NCBI GenBank assembly: GCA_964007735.1
Contig: CAXGAI010000017.1
Location: 62,001 to 89,252 of the forward strand
Direction: 5' to 3'
From: an uncultured Rhodopirellula sp.
Lineage (GTDB): Bacteria > Planctomycetota > Planctomycetia > Pirellulales > Pirellulaceae
DNA length: 27,252 nucleotides
Shown here: piece after piece, positions 25,501-27,252 of the stretch
How positions within the stretch are numbered: position 1 is the first letter of the stretch
Layout: every line of letters starts with the position of its first letter
Notes under the pieces: model-generated
Databases searched by the model: none
Told to the model about the DNA's origin: nothing
Seen by the model: only the letters and a program-made list of their open reading frames with translations
Program-made: the position numbers and the translations under genes

Positions 25501-27250
25501 TCACAGTCACCGCAACCGTTAACTCAAGAGGCGACGCGGTGACATTCGAAAAGATAAGAGTTTCATTCACATCAACGTAGTCAAGTTCAGATGCATTGCT
25601 TCCAGAAACTTTAGCTGTCCCTTCCACATCGTTTGCACTCACTGCGACAATCTGATCCACGGGCGAACTAAGAGTGACCGTCAGATCAACCGACCCACCG
25701 GCTTCCACCACGCTGTCAGACAATTCAATACCAACCGTCGCACTATCATCGTTTTCAATCGTGATCACACCCTGAGGATCACTAAAGCTAATATCTCCCT
25801 CGCGACCACTCGCGGCAATATTAGACAGGTCAACCAGCAACTGTTCGGTCGCTTCCACAACATTGTCACCGTTGATCTGCACCGTCACCGTCTGCGTTTC
25901 ACCGGCCGTACCGGCAAACGTCAAGCTGCTGCTCAAAGACTCATAGTCATCCTCACCGGACAGACCTGTAACCAACGCAGTCGCCGTATCGTCTGCCGTA
26001 GCAACATCCACCGTCAACGGAACATCCACAGCAGTATCAAGCGTCACCGTCAAATTCGCAAAACTGTGACCATCATCTCCTTCGGTCACACTCACATCAC
26101 CAATCGAGATCGATGCCGAATCATTGTCAATCACCGTGAAGTCAGCTGAAGATCCCGTAATGGAGACCAGATCGTTATCGAATTCTGCAATCGTACCGGC
26201 ATCCAGACCAAACAACTGAACACTGAACGTCTCGTCTAACTCCACCACGGCATCATCGGCAACATCCAGAGTAAATGTCTGAGCTGCGTTCGTGTATTGA
26301 TCCCAGTTAACGCTACCTGCACCACCAGCAAAGTCATCATAAGAACCTGGCATCAGTGGGTTCTCGGCACCGTACAGAGTTGTCACTGGGACAGCAACTG
26401 GATTGGTCATGGAGATCGTGAAGGTAACACTACCGCTATCTTCGGTCAGCAACCCGGGATCCGTTGTCAGAGCAACTGAGAGTTCACTACTATCATTATT
26501 ATCGATCGTGATCGCTCCCGATGAATCGGTCACAGTGACATCACGACCCGTAGAGGACAGCCCACTAAGGACAACATCTAACAGCTCATTCGTTTCAACA
26601 ATACTGTCATCGTTAATCGAGACAACTACTGTCTGAGTCGCATTCGCACCGGAACCTGCCAGGAACGTCTTCGTCTCACTTAATGCGTTATAGTCAGAAC
26701 TTAAAGCACCCTGTGCTGCTGATGTTGCCGTGGAATCCGCTGTATCTGCATCCACGCTCACATCCACATCGACATCGTGTGACAGAGTCACCGTCAACGT
26801 CGCGGTACCAGCGGCTTCATCCACCGTCACATCGTCTATCGATACACTCGCCGATTCATCGTTCACAAGCGTCACAACCGTCGTGTCATTTCCTAAACTC
26901 ACGTCACGAACGGGAACCACGCTAAGACCTGAAAGAATCGTATCCAAAGCCTCATCCAACTCAACCGTATCATCAGCGTTGATAACCACTTCCACCGTCT
27001 GACTCAACAATGCACCACTAGTATTGGAGAAGGTCAGCGTTTCATCCAATGCGGTGTAGTCATTACCTACGATCGTGGCCGTACCATCGACAGTATCCAC
27101 ATCCACGCTCACATTGACATCCACCGGATTACTCAAGGTTACAGCCAGCGTCCGGTTGCCGCTATCTTCGGCGCCAGTCGACGTTTCCACAATCGATACC
27201 GTCGCACTATCATCGTTTTCAATCGTGATCACACCCTGAGGATCACTAAA
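22556..27250 (-). CDS. Giant acidic surface protein with tandem Calx-beta repeats and C-terminal planctomycete dockerin-like domain; 5'-truncated
   Basis: Frame stays open to the window edge (FSDPQGVITIENDD...). Nine complete ~120-aa repeats plus the end of a tenth (VTLS..V...V.V...T.DGTA....DY...I.GD.VVE.DE...I.NDD). C-terminal NPLDVNNDGHISPIDAL...DTNGDFAITPIDVL...AEGE. Confidence 0.92.
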   Translation of the reverse strand, partial: FSDPQGVITIENDDSATVSIVETSTGAEDSGNRTLAVTLSNPVDVNVSVDVDTVDGTATIVGNDYTALDETLTFSNTSGALLSQTVEVVINADDTVELDEALDTILSGLSVVPVRDVSLGNDTTVVTLVNDESASVSIDDVTVDEAAGTATLTVTLSHDVDVDVSVDADTADSTATSAAQGALSSDYNALSETKTFLAGSGANATQTVVVSINDDSIVETNELLDVVLSGLSSTGRDVTVTDSSGAITIDNNDSSELSVALTTDPGLLTEDSGSVTFTISMTNPVAVPVTTLYGAENPLMPGSYDDFAGGAGSVNWDQYTNAAQTFTLDVADDAVVELDETFSVQLFGLDAGTIAEFDNDLVSITGSSADFTVIDNDSASISIGDVSVTEGDDGHSFANLTVTLDTAVDVPLTVDVATADDTATALVTGLSGEDDYESLSSSLTFAGTAGETQTVTVQINGDNVVEATEQLLVDLSNIAASGREGDISFSDPQGVITIENDDSATVGIELSDSVVEAGGSVDLTVTLSSPVDQIVAVSANDVEGTAKVSGSNASELDYVDVNETLIFSNVTASPLELTVAVTVNDEGIVELDETLQVVLSSLVAGGRSVELANDVSEVTIVNDDGAVVSVTDVFIAEEDGVATLIVALSEQVDVDTTVAWHSIDGSAKSALGDYLESSGDIVFPAMDTSDLTVSITVSDDDIVELVETFHVGIEEPEAFGRNVFVVDADLETGGNPLIVGSGQVTILNADTATIEVNADQEFFVEGDDGITNATLTVTLSNPVDIPILIGYATANGVHHLNDNAGLPSAFAPEYAGVNSTADNEDPSDPAGQYDFVNSAKVDGHDYDDTEGILNFTAVNNGLVNGSFSQTISVPLYGDEVVELDEWLTVTIGTSDFLDRSVTVANPKAYVWIDNDDEASISVSDAAIQEGDVGQAYAFIDVTLDNSVDVPLGITYETTDGTATSLTTLFNGDEDYVQTSGVLNFAGAAGEVVQVQVPINGDQVVELDELFEINLTDVAASNRDVTIGDGQSDVTIVNDDSATVLIRDAARLEGDAGVSVSTATVVLSAPVDVAVSTTYLTVDGTAVSSADYTSAAGEVLFGNLKTDVRSVDVDVDVLGDELFERHEVFTVELGVLDAGGRSVAYLDTDDTSAVEARIDIVNDDRNARGFIGVCNVVAEPGDVDLDNGVRYAAWNFSIDNAEPVDIQFTAATAAGEALEIGVPQLLDRSGTPIAPMKVDHVLPVDATRSYGVFEVAAGDYTVVVPSGNDSDGLVELAVSLPGILSESDTEVTTHAFQRTAAGVLQTQLGYRGTMPEVFNDLMGIDLGVDQYDACLDADMNGMLTMFDLSAVDQNKGSEVPKVSLLEDRFTPAQILNVDPLGASELSISDLFGFSIYQNPENPLDVNNDGHISPIDALVTINSLNDEGSRSVLVLGDNEGDLGEYLNRDQYLYDTNGDFAITPIDVLRVVNALNEAGEAESVAVGGAEGEAITDHIFENFDGVTLKAAGFDSAVTALASAAEPKEYGQEYYTTPVRQTHWADEVDALLKVESGSDSEDDLEIGGVS
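25734..25788. repeat. 55-bp exact direct repeat, copy 1
   Basis: ACCGTCGCACTATCATCGTTTTCAATCGTGATCACACCCTGAGGATCACTAAAGC is identical to 27198-27252. Confidence 0.93.
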
Positions 27251-27252
27251 GC
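27198..27252. repeat. 55-bp exact direct repeat, copy 2 (terminal bases of the window)
   Basis: Identical to 25734-25788; both encode FSDPQGVITIENDDSATV at a Calx-beta repeat boundary. Confidence 0.93.

Noticed and set aside
22640..27002. Plus-strand short ORFs opposite the Calx-beta gene, and similar shadow ORFs elsewhere
   Set aside because: They are antisense or alternate-frame shadows of well-supported genes and show no independent motifs.
1..27252. CRISPR array, transposase, integrase, phage or defence genes
   Set aside because: No regularly spaced repeats and no recognisable mobile or defence protein motifs in any long ORF.
25734..27252. Diversity-generating retroelement template/variable repeat pair
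   Set aside because: The copies are identical with no adenine-specific mismatches, both are in-frame in the same gene, and no reverse transcriptase is present.

Overview
Gene-dense chromosomal segment, most likely from a planctomycete of the Pirellulaceae type (inferred from DUF1501, a PVC-type CxxCH protein, a BBP2-type porin, a planctomycete dockerin/AEGE tail and a sulfatase). Left to right: 5'-truncated endonuclease IV (nfo); a DUF2007-like protein; a minus-strand Mn/Zn/Fe uptake cluster (outer-membrane beta-barrel, TroA-like binding protein, unknown membrane-anchored protein, ATPase, permease fused to a DtxR-like domain); GNAT, an M16 peptidase pair and ndk; tRNA-Pro(GGG); pyrF, TVP38/DedA, sulfatase and DEAD-box helicase; RidA-family and secreted hypothetical genes; DUF1501 plus a PVC-type heme protein; a beta-barrel porin; and the 3' part of a giant Calx-beta/dockerin surface protein running off the right edge. 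The best candidate for an undescribed system is the metal cluster. Two near-identical palindromes (TTTTTGRTKAATCAAAAA) sit at two separate predicted promoters of the cluster, and the only regulator-like domain in the window is tethered to the permease. No mobile element, CRISPR array or rRNA was seen. All family assignments are from motif recognition by eye, not database searches.
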